Shown here: piece after piece, positions 9,601 to 18,883 of the stretch
Position numbering within the stretch: the stretch's first letter is position 1
Layout of the letters: every line of letters starts with the position of its first letter
Source: Candidatus Hadarchaeota archaeon
GTDB lineage: Archaea; Hadarchaeota; Hadarchaeia; Hadarchaeales; Hadarchaeaceae
Assembly: GCA_964514965.1 (NCBI GenBank)
Contig: CAZETV010000001.1
Span: 753,063-785,062, forward strand
Length of the DNA stretch: 32,000 nt
Reading direction: 5' to 3'
Notes under the pieces: model-generated
The model's input: the letters and a program-made list of their open reading frames with translations, nothing else
The model's database searches: none
What the model was told of the DNA's origin: nothing
Position numbers and translations under genes: made by a program

Positions 9601-10406
9601 TGCGTTCTCAAATATTCAACCATAGATTCCAGTATCAACTTGCCATCACCATACTTCGGAATTTCTTTCATCATCGTCCAGTTAGGGAGCTGAACTCCGT
9701 AATATGCCCGCTCGGGGTGAGGCATCAAACCAAAAATTGTCCCGCTAGGATCGCAAATACCAGCAATGTCGTGAAAAGCTCCATTCGGATTTATCGGGTA
9801 CTTCCCGTCAGCATATGCTCCCTTCTCATCACAATATCTAAACACAAGCTGGTCGTTCTCGTACAGTTCTTCTAGATAATTTTTCTCATTTTTCTTCGAG
9901 AAAACAAACCTGCCCTCACTATGTGCCACAGGCACGAAAAGTTTTTGTCCTTTTTGAAATTTTTTAGTAAATATGCATTTGCCACGATTTTCATGTTTTA
10001 AGTAAACCCATCTGCACTCATATTTCGCTGAGCAATTGATTGCTAAGGCCGCATCAGGATAATCGTTAATTCCCTTGAACCCTGGCAACAACCCAGTCTC
10101 GACCAATACTTGAAATCCATTGCATATCCCTAATATCGGCCTTCCCTCTTCGACAAACTTCCTTAACTCATTGGCGAGCTCGGTAGCAATCCACTTGCCC
10201 AAAATTGCCCCTGCCCGCACATAGTCGCCATATGAAAAACCGCCAGGAATGATGAGAGCGTCGTAATCTAAGATATTTTTGTCCTTTGCAAGATTGTTTG
10301 TATGAATTATCTCTGATTTTACGCCTAAATCGTCGAGCGCCGCCTTTGTCTCAACATCACAATTTGTTCCTCCAACACGCATAACACAAATTTTAATTTC
10401 TTTCAT
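9597..10406 (-). CDS. purQ: Phosphoribosylformylglycinamidine synthase, glutaminase subunit
   Basis: The triad is intact: GICNGFQ (Cys) and MPHPER (His/Glu). Confidence 0.9.
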   Translation of the reverse strand: MKEIKICVMRVGGTNCDVETKAALDDLGVKSEIIHTNNLAKDKNILDYDALIIPGGFSYGDYVRAGAILGKWIATELANELRKFVEEGRPILGICNGFQVLVETGLLPGFKGINDYPDAALAINCSAKYECRWVYLKHENRGKCIFTKKFQKGQKLFVPVAHSEGRFVFSKKNEKNYLEELYENDQLVFRYCDEKGAYADGKYPINPNGAFHDIAGICDPSGTIFGLMPHPERAYYGVQLPNWTMMKEIPKYGDGKLILESMVEYLRTH

Positions 10407-10409
10407 TTT

Positions 10410-12782
10410 TTAGCCCTCAAAAGTCTTTTTCCAAGCCTCTCTCAGCTTTGTCGACTCAATGTTCGCAACTCGCTTGCCTTTCAACCCATAGATGGAGAGA
10501 CAATTCTTTTCTTTCACGTAACCCACGGGGGAGCAAACATTACCTTTCATCAACTTTTCAAAATCCCGCTTGTGCTCCGCTTGAACTTCGATCAAGAATC
10601 TGCTGTTTGATTCAGAAAATAGGATAAAATCATCCCTCCCCATTGATGCAGGAACTTTTCTCAAATCCAATTCAAGTCCATAATCACTGCCGAGTGCCAT
10701 TTCGCTGGCTGCAATAGCAAGTCCACCTTCAGAGAGATCATGACAAGCTCTGACATACCCTCTATCAATCGCGTTCGTAATTGAAGTCATAATTTTTTTA
10801 GCTTGGGCCGTCTTGACTTTTGGGACTTTTTCACCAACAAAACCAAGAAGTTTGTAATACTCTGACCCACCCAACTCAGGATATGTTTCCCCAACGAGGT
10901 AAATCAAATCACCCGGCTTTTTCACGTCAATCGAAACGGTTTTCCTCACGTCCGGAATTATCCCGATCGCGGTTATCAAAAGTGTTGGTGTCACCGACCC
11001 AAGCGGGGATTCGTTGTAGAGACTATCTTTCCCCGAAATGAACGGTGTACCAAAGGCCTTGGCGAAATCGTAGCAAGCTTGGCATGCCCTAACGAGCGCT
11101 CCCAATCGATCCGGCCTTTCAGGATTACCCCACGTAAAGTTATCTAATACCGAGATCCTCCTCCCGCCAACCGCTATATTGTTCCTGATTGCCTCTTCTA
11201 AATTCGAAGCCACCATCCAGTAAGGGTCTATTTTTCCGTAGTTAGGGTTCATTCCACTTGAGATCACGACGCCTCTCCAAGAATCTCGCAAGGGCTTTAT
11301 AACTGCGGCATCATTCGGTCCGCTGTACTTGCCCTGCAGCGGCTTTAGAACTGTATTTCCTTGTACTTCGTGGTCGTAGGTTCTTACCACAGATTCCTTG
11401 GTGGCGATGTTTGGTGCTTTTAATAGCTTCAAAATGATCTTGGCTAAATTTTTCTCCTCTGCAAAACGCGGTTCAAAAAGTTTTGGCTTTTTCCACTTTG
11501 CCGTTCTCTTAATCATTGGTGGATTAAAAAGGAAGTCCAAATCCAAGTTTACGATATTGTGTCCACGATAATCAACCATGAGTTTGCTATCCCCGGTAAA
11601 TCTTCCGACTGCAGATGCCTCTACATCCTCACTAGCGAAAATATCTAAAACTTTTTGAAGGTTTTCCTTTCTAACTGTTAAAAACATTCTTTCTTGGGAC
11701 TCAGAAATCCAAATCTCCCAAGGAACCATGCCCGAATGTTTTAGCTGCACTTTTTCTAACTCAACGTGAAGACCACAATTAGACCTATCAGCCACTTCAC
11801 CAGCCGCACAGGATAACCCGCCGCCGCCCAAGTCGGTTATGCCCGATGCCAGCCCCTCGTCCCTTATTTGGGATATAGCCCGCCTCAACTTCTCTTCCTC
11901 AATTGGATTCGCGATTTGAACAGCTGGTCTCGAAACCTCCTCAGATTCTTTTGTCAGTTCAACAGACGCAAATGTAACGCCGTGAATTCCATCTCTACCA
12001 GTTTTCCCGCCAGCTAAAACAGCGACATCGCCAACTCTCGTATCTTTCACGTATTTACTAACTGGAAGGAGCCCCACGCAGCCGCAATAGACCACCGGGT
12101 TGCCAATATAGCTCTCGTCGAAGTAAATTGCTCCGTTAACCGTCGGTATTCCCATATTGTTCCCATAACTACCTATCCCGGCCACGACACCTCTGAACAA
12201 GTATCTTGGATGCTTTATTCCGGGTGGAAGTTTTTTGTAATCATAATCTAATGGACCGAAACAAAGCACATCCGTACCAGCTATTGGATTGGCCCAAACG
12301 CCGAGAATGTCTCTGATTACTCCACCCACACCAGTCGCCGCACCACCAAACGGCTCTATGGCTGATGGATGATTGTGAGTCTCGACTTTTGCGACTATTG
12401 CGTAGTCTCCTTCAAAATCAACGATACCTGCATTGTCCTCGAAAACCGAGACGCACCAAGGCAACGCGAGTTCTTTAGTAGCTTTCGCGATGTAGTCTTT
12501 AAACAATCTCACTTTGCGTTTTGCTATGGACACTTTTCCTTTGAAGGTTTTATGATAGCAGTGCTCAGACCAAGTTTGGCCGATGGTCTGGAGCTCGATG
12601 TTGGTGGGATTTCTTCCTCTTTTAGAGAAATATTCCCGGCATCGCTGCATCTCCTCAAGGTTTAAAACAAGCCCTAATTCTTGGCTGATTTCGAGAAGTT
12701 GCGCTTTATTAGCGTTCAGCAAGTCTAACTCGAACAGTTCAAATGGCAGACCTTCTCTCTTTACATAAAGATTGGAAATCAT
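10410..12782 (-). CDS. purL: Phosphoribosylformylglycinamidine synthase subunit II
   Basis: 790 aa with ETHNHPSAIEPFGGAATGVGGVIRD. ATGA overlap with purS. Confidence 0.95.
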   Translation of the reverse strand: MISNLYVKREGLPFELFELDLLNANKAQLLEISQELGLVLNLEEMQRCREYFSKRGRNPTNIELQTIGQTWSEHCYHKTFKGKVSIAKRKVRLFKDYIAKATKELALPWCVSVFEDNAGIVDFEGDYAIVAKVETHNHPSAIEPFGGAATGVGGVIRDILGVWANPIAGTDVLCFGPLDYDYKKLPPGIKHPRYLFRGVVAGIGSYGNNMGIPTVNGAIYFDESYIGNPVVYCGCVGLLPVSKYVKDTRVGDVAVLAGGKTGRDGIHGVTFASVELTKESEEVSRPAVQIANPIEEEKLRRAISQIRDEGLASGITDLGGGGLSCAAGEVADRSNCGLHVELEKVQLKHSGMVPWEIWISESQERMFLTVRKENLQKVLDIFASEDVEASAVGRFTGDSKLMVDYRGHNIVNLDLDFLFNPPMIKRTAKWKKPKLFEPRFAEEKNLAKIILKLLKAPNIATKESVVRTYDHEVQGNTVLKPLQGKYSGPNDAAVIKPLRDSWRGVVISSGMNPNYGKIDPYWMVASNLEEAIRNNIAVGGRRISVLDNFTWGNPERPDRLGALVRACQACYDFAKAFGTPFISGKDSLYNESPLGSVTPTLLITAIGIIPDVRKTVSIDVKKPGDLIYLVGETYPELGGSEYYKLLGFVGEKVPKVKTAQAKKIMTSITNAIDRGYVRACHDLSEGGLAIAASEMALGSDYGLELDLRKVPASMGRDDFILFSESNSRFLIEVQAEHKRDFEKLMKGNVCSPVGYVKEKNCLSIYGLKGKRVANIESTKLREAWKKTFEG

Positions 12783-13048
12783 TCGGTTCCCTTTATCTCA
12801 AACTTATAGTCATCTTTGATGGGGTTGGCAAGCAATTTCCTACACATCTCGTCCACTTGCTTTTTTGCTTCTTCTATCGAAGGCGCATCGAAATCGAGTT
12901 CGTATACTTTCACGACATCGACTCTTTTAACACCATATTTCAAATCTATCAAAGATTTCTTCGTCGCTTCCCCTTCTGGGTCCAAGTGACCTAGCTTAAG
13001 CCTGACCTCAACCCTGGCATGATAAGATTTAATTCTAAGTTTCTTCAT
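12779..13048 (-). CDS. purS: Phosphoribosylformylglycinamidine synthase subunit PurS
   Basis: 89 aa, sitting between purM and purL. It has a PurS-like sequence (VEVRLKLGHLDPEGEA...LANPIKDDYKFEI). Confidence 0.9.
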   Translation of the reverse strand: MKKLRIKSYHARVEVRLKLGHLDPEGEATKKSLIDLKYGVKRVDVVKVYELDFDAPSIEEAKKQVDEMCRKLLANPIKDDYKFEIKGTE

Positions 13049-13057
13049 ATGACCCCC

Positions 13058-14209
13058 CTAGCTCGTGTATTCAAACTTACCGAACTCGCTGCTGATTGTT
13101 AATCTATTCCTCCCGTCACTTTTTTCACATCTCCCAATTATTTTGGCTTCCAAAGCAAACTTTTCTGGAATGCTTAAAACTTCTTCCGCGTATTCTTCTT
13201 TTACCACAATCTCAAATCCTGTTCCCATGTTAAAATCCTCAAACATCGCCCGCCAGCTTTCCCCTGACTCTCGTTTAATCAGGCCGAATATGGGGTCGGG
13301 CTTTATGATATTGTCTTTAATGTAGTGGATATTTTTTCCAATCTTTAAACACTTCGTGTGTCCACCGCCTGTGTTGTGAACCAATCCGACTATATGCGTC
13401 CGATAAACATCTAAAATTTTTGCCACTACTGGCGCAAACAGTCGAGTAGGGGAGATTATCGCTTCCCCAACTGTCATCCCTAGCTCATCCAAATATTTAT
13501 CAAAAGCGAACCTGCCGTAATACTTTTTTTCATTCGAATCTTTAATTTCTGGGTACTTCCTTTCGCATTCTTTTTTCATCAAACAATGTCTCGTCAAAGT
13601 TATCCCATTACACATTATCCCGCTATTTCCGCGTTTCTCGTACTTTGTCTTACCACCACTTCTCAGACCAATGATAACATCACCTGGTTTGATTTTGCCC
13701 CCATTTATTACCTCTGACAATTTAACGCGGGCGCTTATCGTGCCCGAAACATCCAATGTTCGGAGCTGGTCGGGTAGGTCGGCTGTCTCACCGCCTAGGA
13801 ACGATATTTTTATCCCGTGCCTTTTCAGCACCCCAAAACATTTTTTAAATCCAGAATTAAGCGCGGCGAGAAATTCTTTCCTCGGAACTCTGAATGTATT
13901 TATCGCAACATAATCGACGAACCCAATAGCTTGAGCGCCAACGCAGATGGTATCATCTATGTTCATCGCCACGACATCTTGGGCGACACTTTCAAACCAC
14001 TTGAATTCACCTGTTTCTTTCCAGTGGAGATAGTTTTGGATAGGTTTACTTCCAGCACCATCGGTATGTAAAAGTATCCCATATCCACGTAACTGAGGGT
14101 CTTTGCCCACGACACAGAAAGCTTGCGGGAAGAGATTCTGCACGGTCGCCCTGAAGGTTTCGATACCTCTTTTTCGCACATCCACGCCGATTTCAGAGTA
14201 TTTCGACAT
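13058..14209 (-). CDS. purM: Phosphoribosylformylglycinamidine cyclo-ligase (AIR synthase), long variant
   Basis: TDGAGSK, VAMNIDD, GGETADLP, PTRLF and HNTGGG align with PurM motifs. It has an insertion of roughly 30-40 aa relative to E. coli PurM. Confidence 0.85.
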   Translation of the reverse strand: MSKYSEIGVDVRKRGIETFRATVQNLFPQAFCVVGKDPQLRGYGILLHTDGAGSKPIQNYLHWKETGEFKWFESVAQDVVAMNIDDTICVGAQAIGFVDYVAINTFRVPRKEFLAALNSGFKKCFGVLKRHGIKISFLGGETADLPDQLRTLDVSGTISARVKLSEVINGGKIKPGDVIIGLRSGGKTKYEKRGNSGIMCNGITLTRHCLMKKECERKYPEIKDSNEKKYYGRFAFDKYLDELGMTVGEAIISPTRLFAPVVAKILDVYRTHIVGLVHNTGGGHTKCLKIGKNIHYIKDNIIKPDPIFGLIKRESGESWRAMFEDFNMGTGFEIVVKEEYAEEVLSIPEKFALEAKIIGRCEKSDGRNRLTISSEFGKFEYTS

Positions 14210-14218
14210 AATCGACCC

Positions 14219-15106
14219 CTATAGTTTAATTTCTCCGGCCCCCTTTGTTGCAATCTTTGTCGCTATCAAAGTATTGCACAGCAACATCACGCGCGTCATG
14301 GGCCCTACGCCACCCGGCACCGGAGTGATGTAGGACGCTTTTTCCATCACGCTTTCAAAATCGACATCACCATGCAACTTGCCCCCAACGTAATTCATGC
14401 CCACATCGACAACGACAACGCCCTCCTTCACCATCCCCCCTCTGACTACAAAGTTCGGACGTCTGCCTACCGCGCTGATCAAAACATCAGCTGCTAGGAT
14501 ATGTTTTTCCAGCCCCTGAGTTTTTGAGTGGCAAACGACAACTGTGGCATTTCGATCTAAGAACAATTTTGATAGCGGCTTGCCCACGAGATCGCTTCGG
14601 TTAATTATCACTGCAAGTTTACCTGCGAGTTCGATTCCATAGTGATCAAGCAACTTTACTATACCCTTAGGTGTGCATGGTAACAATTCATTATCAGAAT
14701 CATACATACCTAACCAAAGCTTCCCCACGTTGTAAGGGTGCAACCCATCCACATCTTTTTGAGGATTTATGCGAACTGTCACTTTTTTCTTATCAATTTG
14801 AGGAGGGAGGGGCAACTGCACGAATATTCCGTGAACTTTACGCTCCTTGTTTAGCTCATCGACTAGTTCAAGGATTTTCTGCTCAGCTGTTAATGCCGGA
14901 AGCTCGTAGAGCCTGAAATCAATGCCGACCTCATCACAATCCTTGCCCTTTCCTTTAACATAAATTCTTGAAGAAGGATCATCGCCGACCAATATGGTGG
15001 CTAGGGTTGGAGTTATACCCCTTTCTTTTTTAAAAACTTCCACATGCGATGCAATATCTCGCTTAAACTTTTCTGCGAGAGCCTTGCCGTCCATTATCAC
15101 TGCCAT
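14219..15106 (-). CDS. folD: Bifunctional methylene-THF dehydrogenase / methenyl-THF cyclohydrolase
   Basis: ILVGDDPSSRIYVKGK, DVDGLHP and PVPGGVGPMT motifs. Confidence 0.9.
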   Translation of the reverse strand: MAVIMDGKALAEKFKRDIASHVEVFKKERGITPTLATILVGDDPSSRIYVKGKGKDCDEVGIDFRLYELPALTAEQKILELVDELNKERKVHGIFVQLPLPPQIDKKKVTVRINPQKDVDGLHPYNVGKLWLGMYDSDNELLPCTPKGIVKLLDHYGIELAGKLAVIINRSDLVGKPLSKLFLDRNATVVVCHSKTQGLEKHILAADVLISAVGRRPNFVVRGGMVKEGVVVVDVGMNYVGGKLHGDVDFESVMEKASYITPVPGGVGPMTRVMLLCNTLIATKIATKGAGEIKL

Positions 15107-15218
15107 AAACCCACACGCAAGATTTTTGCAGTTATCTCAATATAATCTATTGCCCACAGCGTATAGCATCAAGGTGAATTTCTGAGTCTAAAATAGAAGC
15201 CATTTATAGCTATAATGT

Positions 15219-16676
15219 TCAAAATTCAGGGGTGTGCATCTTTCCGAGCCTATCCCTGTATTTCAGAAGGATTGGTTTGGCGACTTCTTTCACGAATTTT
15301 TCACATCGCTCACGAGCGTCGCCCAAATGTTCAGTCGGATCTAACAGCCTGTCAATCTCCTCTCCGCTCAATTTAGAGCTTATCGTCCGGTCTTGTTTCA
15401 ACAACTGAGGCAATGGGTTTTCCTCACCTATCATTACCCGCTCCCAAGCTTTGAATGAGAGTTCGCGAAGTTTCTCATGCATTTGCTGTCTGTGCCCACC
15501 TCGCTCGACGAGTTTCATCAAAATCGCTTCCGTCCCTGAAAATGCTCCATATTTTTCAAGGTTCCGCTTCAGGATTACGGGATAAATTCTAACATCCCGC
15601 ACCACTCGATCGTAAAGCATTAAACATTCGTCGGTGGCCAAGAAGCCTTCGGGTATAACAATTCTTCTATTCGCTGAGTCGTCCAAAGTTCGCTCGAAAA
15701 TTGTCTGCGCTGCATTTTCCCACACAACCCTCGGTAGCGTACCAACGTACCTTGCTAACGAGCACATCCGCTCGGCAGTCACAGGATTTTTCTTAAAAGG
15801 CATTGCAGAAGAGCCAACTCTGGTCTCTTTCATCGGTTCAGACATCTCTCCATATGCAGGAGATTGCATGTGCCTCAAATCAAGACCAAACTTATGCGTA
15901 CTCTGCACAATGCTGGCCAACAGCGACAAAACCATGTAATCGAGCTTTCGTGGGTAGGTTTGAGTCGAGACGGAGTACGTTTTTAACCCCAGTTTTTGCA
16001 TCACATCTTTTTCGAGATCGGCGGATTTGCCTTTGCGTCCCAACAATCTCTGAAAACTCGCAGAAGTTCCGATCGCCCCTTTTATCCCCCTTCCCTTCAT
16101 TAAGTTTTCTAGCAGATTTTCCACGTTATAAATGTCCAAGACGATATCTTGAGCATAATTCGCAAATCGATAACCTAGAGTTGTAGGTACCGCTGGCTGT
16201 AGATGTGTCCAGCCGATGCATGCCAAATCCTTGTACTTCGTTATATGTTTAGATAAAGAATCCAAACAATTGGTCAACCTTGTTAAAATTACGTCAAAAG
16301 CGGCTTTCATCCTCAGAACATCCGCGTTGTCCTCAATATCCATCGATGTCGCGCCAAGATGAATTTTACCGCCGCCGATCGGGCATTGCTCGGCATATGC
16401 TTTAATCTCCGCCATCAAATCGTGCCCGATCTCTCTCTCAATCTCGTGAGCCCTTTTCAAATCAACGTGTTCTGGACCCATTTTAGATTTTAAATCAGCC
16501 AATTCTTTCCGAGTAACAAGACCGTATTTTGATTGAGCTTCGGCAAGAGCCACCCAAATTTTCCTCCATGTCGCCCTATAATTGATTTCAGAAAAAATCT
16601 TTCTCATCTCAGGACTACCGTATCGCCATGTAAATGGGGAAAGGAAAGTCCCATAATCAAATTTTTCGGTCCTCAT
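15219..16676 (-). CDS. purB: Adenylosuccinate lyase
   Basis: 485 aa of the fumarase/ASL superfamily, with the GSSAMPFKKNP signature loop. Confidence 0.9.
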   Translation of the reverse strand: MRTEKFDYGTFLSPFTWRYGSPEMRKIFSEINYRATWRKIWVALAEAQSKYGLVTRKELADLKSKMGPEHVDLKRAHEIEREIGHDLMAEIKAYAEQCPIGGGKIHLGATSMDIEDNADVLRMKAAFDVILTRLTNCLDSLSKHITKYKDLACIGWTHLQPAVPTTLGYRFANYAQDIVLDIYNVENLLENLMKGRGIKGAIGTSASFQRLLGRKGKSADLEKDVMQKLGLKTYSVSTQTYPRKLDYMVLSLLASIVQSTHKFGLDLRHMQSPAYGEMSEPMKETRVGSSAMPFKKNPVTAERMCSLARYVGTLPRVVWENAAQTIFERTLDDSANRRIVIPEGFLATDECLMLYDRVVRDVRIYPVILKRNLEKYGAFSGTEAILMKLVERGGHRQQMHEKLRELSFKAWERVMIGEENPLPQLLKQDRTISSKLSGEEIDRLLDPTEHLGDARERCEKFVKEVAKPILLKYRDRLGKMHTPEF

Positions 16677-16854
16677 GCCCTCACCGAATCAACCATTCTT
16701 CGCTCTTAGCCTCTTTAACCTTAGCGGAGAATTGAAAAATCTAGAGCTATCCAGCACTGGAGTATTGGGTCAAAAACTCAATTCAAAGAGTGCACTCCAT
16801 AACTACTATTATTCTTACCATATTTTTGAAAATTGGTTCTCCACGCACCGATGG

Positions 16855-16862
16855 TTATAAAT
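16855..16862 (+). promoter_or_regulatory. TATA-like box upstream of purE
   Basis: TTATAAAT lies about 25-30 nt upstream of the ATG at 16887. No SD is visible, which would fit a leaderless or short-leader archaeal transcript. Confidence 0.35.
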
Positions 16863-16886
16863 CTCGCCACCAGAAAATATCAACGA

Positions 16887-17369
16887 ATGTCGCAAAAAGT
16901 CGTTATCCTGTTTGGCTCCAAGGTGGATGTCGATTTCGCCAAACCACTGAGGCGCACGTTGCAAGAGTTTGGAATAAATTTTGACCAATGGATCACTTCG
17001 GCTCACAAGACGCCAAAAAAGGTACTAGAAATATTGAGAGAATACGAAAAGTCCGAAGATGAATTGATCTACATAACGGTCGCTGGCAGATCAAATGCTC
17101 TTTCGGGTGTAGTCGATGCGAATACTAAATTTCCCGTAATAGCGTGCCCGCCATGTTCTGAAAGATTAAGTATCGATATCTACTCGTCGTTACGTATGCC
17201 AAGCGGTGTTGCCCCCCTTGTTCTTTTGGACCCCGAAGCTGCAGCTCTGGCGGCTGCGAAAATCTTGGCATTGGATAATGAGAAACTTTCAAAGAAAATT
17301 ACAAACTATCAAAGTCAAATGAAGAAAAAAATAGAAGCCAACAACAAAACGCTTAGACGCAAAAATTAA
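16887..17369 (+). CDS. purE: AIR carboxylase, class II PurE
   Basis: ATG at 16887 gives MSQKVVILFGS... The motifs SAHKTP, VAGRSNALSGVV, FPVIACPP and SSLRMPSG match class II (metazoan PAICS-type) PurE. They do not match class I SAHRTP/AGGAAHLPG. Confidence 0.9.
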   Translation: MSQKVVILFGSKVDVDFAKPLRRTLQEFGINFDQWITSAHKTPKKVLEILREYEKSEDELIYITVAGRSNALSGVVDANTKFPVIACPPCSERLSIDIYSSLRMPSGVAPLVLLDPEAAALAAAKILALDNEKLSKKITNYQSQMKKKIEANNKTLRRKN

Positions 17370-17399
17370 TTTGAGATGTTGACCGGCGCATCCAATCGA

Positions 17400-17415
17400 T
17401 TTTTAAAGGAAAAAA
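17400..17415. terminator. Back-to-back oligo-T tracts between the convergent purE and purF-like genes
   Basis: T5 on the + strand (17400-17404) lies after the purE stop. A6 (17410-15), which is T6 on the - strand, lies 15 nt after the purF-like stop. This is the archaeal style of oligo-T termination. Confidence 0.35.
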
Positions 17416-17429
17416 GCATTACTCTATTT

Positions 17430-18842
17430 TTAAGCTTTCCGAAACGGGTCTGCTATAGATTTGCCAGCCCATACATACAGGCAAAGACGCTCTTTGGGAA
17501 GCCCGATAGCCTTTATCATGTCATCCAATTTTTGATATCTTAATGAAGTAACATTCAACTCTTTGGCAATATAATTTACCATTTTCTTATACTTCTTTGA
17601 ATTTGGATCAATATATTCATCAACATTTTCAATATCTCTTCCTTCAATGACTTTTATAGCGCGGCGAGCGGCCAATTCTTCCATCCTCCTTGTTGAATAA
17701 TCGAACACGCTCGGGAACAATAGGGGTGGGCAAGCTATGCGTAAGTGAACTTTTTTTGCTCCATTATCCCACAATTTTTGTACAATATTTCTTAACTGGG
17801 TGCCTCTTACTATCGAATCATCACAGAGAATAATTCTTTTTCCTTCAATCAACTCTTTAATCGGGATTAATTTCATCCTCGCAACCAACTCTCTTGTCTC
17901 TTGAGAGGGCGGTGTATAACTCCTGTCGTACCCGGGGGTATACTTAACCAGCGGTCTCCTAAAAGGAATTTTTGACTCCAATGAATAGCCGATAGCATGA
18001 GTAGTACCTGAATCCGGAATACCAGCGACCATATCTGCCTTGACGTTATCATTCTTCGCCAGATATCTTCCACACCTCTCTCTGACAATTTCTACATTTA
18101 TTCCCTCATAGGAAGAAGCTGGAAATCCTGAATAAATCCATAAAAAGCTGTTTATTTGGCCTATGGTTGTACCTTTCTGCTTTTGACCAATCCCTGAAGG
18201 GGTGAGTAAGACTATTTCTCCAGGCAAAAGATATTTCTTAATTTTAAAACCTAGATTAAAAAAAGATGAACTCTCGGAAGTTACTGCCCAAGAGCCTCTC
18301 TTTTGCCCAACAATAAGAGGACTATAACCAAACTTATCCCTAACAGCATAGATGCCCTCTTTATTGAGCAGAAGAAGCGAACAAAAACCCCTAATCTTGC
18401 CAAACATGTGATTAATTCCTTCCACAATGGTCTTTCCCTCTGCAATGAGCTTAGCAACAAGTTCAGTAGAATTCACGCCTGCGCCGGTTATCTCACTGAA
18501 CGAGATGCCTTTTTCACGTAATTCGCTGGCCAGCTCTTCGGCATTTTGTATTAAACCGGTTGAACATATGCAGAACTGACCAAATTTTGAATCCAAACAA
18601 ACGGGTTGTATTTCTCTAGAGGTGATTACGCCGATCCCGCTATTTCCATGCATAGTCTTGTAATCATCATAAAATTTTGACTTGAACTGACTCTACCCCA
18701 ACGTGTGGATACTTCTTACAATCCTCTCCCCCAAAACTGCTAGGCCGCCATATTCCGTGCCCAAGTGGGAGAGATAGTCTGTGCCGTGAAATAGATTTTC
18801 CGAACAATCCTGCCGAGAGATTACCCCAAAAATTCCACTCAT
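17430..18842 (-). pseudogene. purF: Amidophosphoribosyltransferase (PurF)-like gene interrupted by an in-frame TAG, with a degenerate glutaminase domain
   Basis: My translation from ATG 18842 is MSGIFGVISRQDCSENLFHGTDYLSHLGTEYGGLAVLGERIVRSIHTLG. A TAG follows at 18693-18695, then SQFKSKFYDDYKT. The reading frame continues into the 407-aa track ORF (17430..18653, MHGNSGIG...). The N-terminus aligns to PurF MCGIxG...LQHRGQxxAGI. The C-terminal half has an intact PRPP motif, ILCDDSIVRGTQ. Confidence 0.7.
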
Positions 18843-18859
18843 TTTGATCCACTCATTTT
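18834..18859 (-). repeat. Tandem duplication of the purF-like start region (AAAATGAGTGGA x2, 14-nt period)
   Basis: The forward strand has tccactcatttt at 18834-18845 and again at 18848-18859. This creates a second upstream ATG at 18856. Confidence 0.8.
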
Positions 18860-18883
18860 AATCTTCCATAAAATAGTTTAAGA

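Noticed and set aside
18693-18695. The internal TAG of the purF-like gene as evidence for genome-wide amber reassignment or pyrrolysine coding
   Set aside because: TAG is the ordinary stop of at least eight well-conserved genes here: CBS, pyrC, purM, folD, purD, purN, carA and ACT. In each case the protein ends at the expected C-terminus. No pyl genes are visible in the window. Site-specific Pyl insertion cannot be excluded from the sequence alone, but nothing supports it.
18667-18852. 61-aa track ORF (MDQNEWNFWGNLSAG...) as a separate gene between purD and purF
   Set aside because: It is an out-of-frame overlap of the PurF-like N-terminal coding region. The alternative frame gives a clear PurF N-terminus (MSGIFGV...LSHLGTEYGGLAV).
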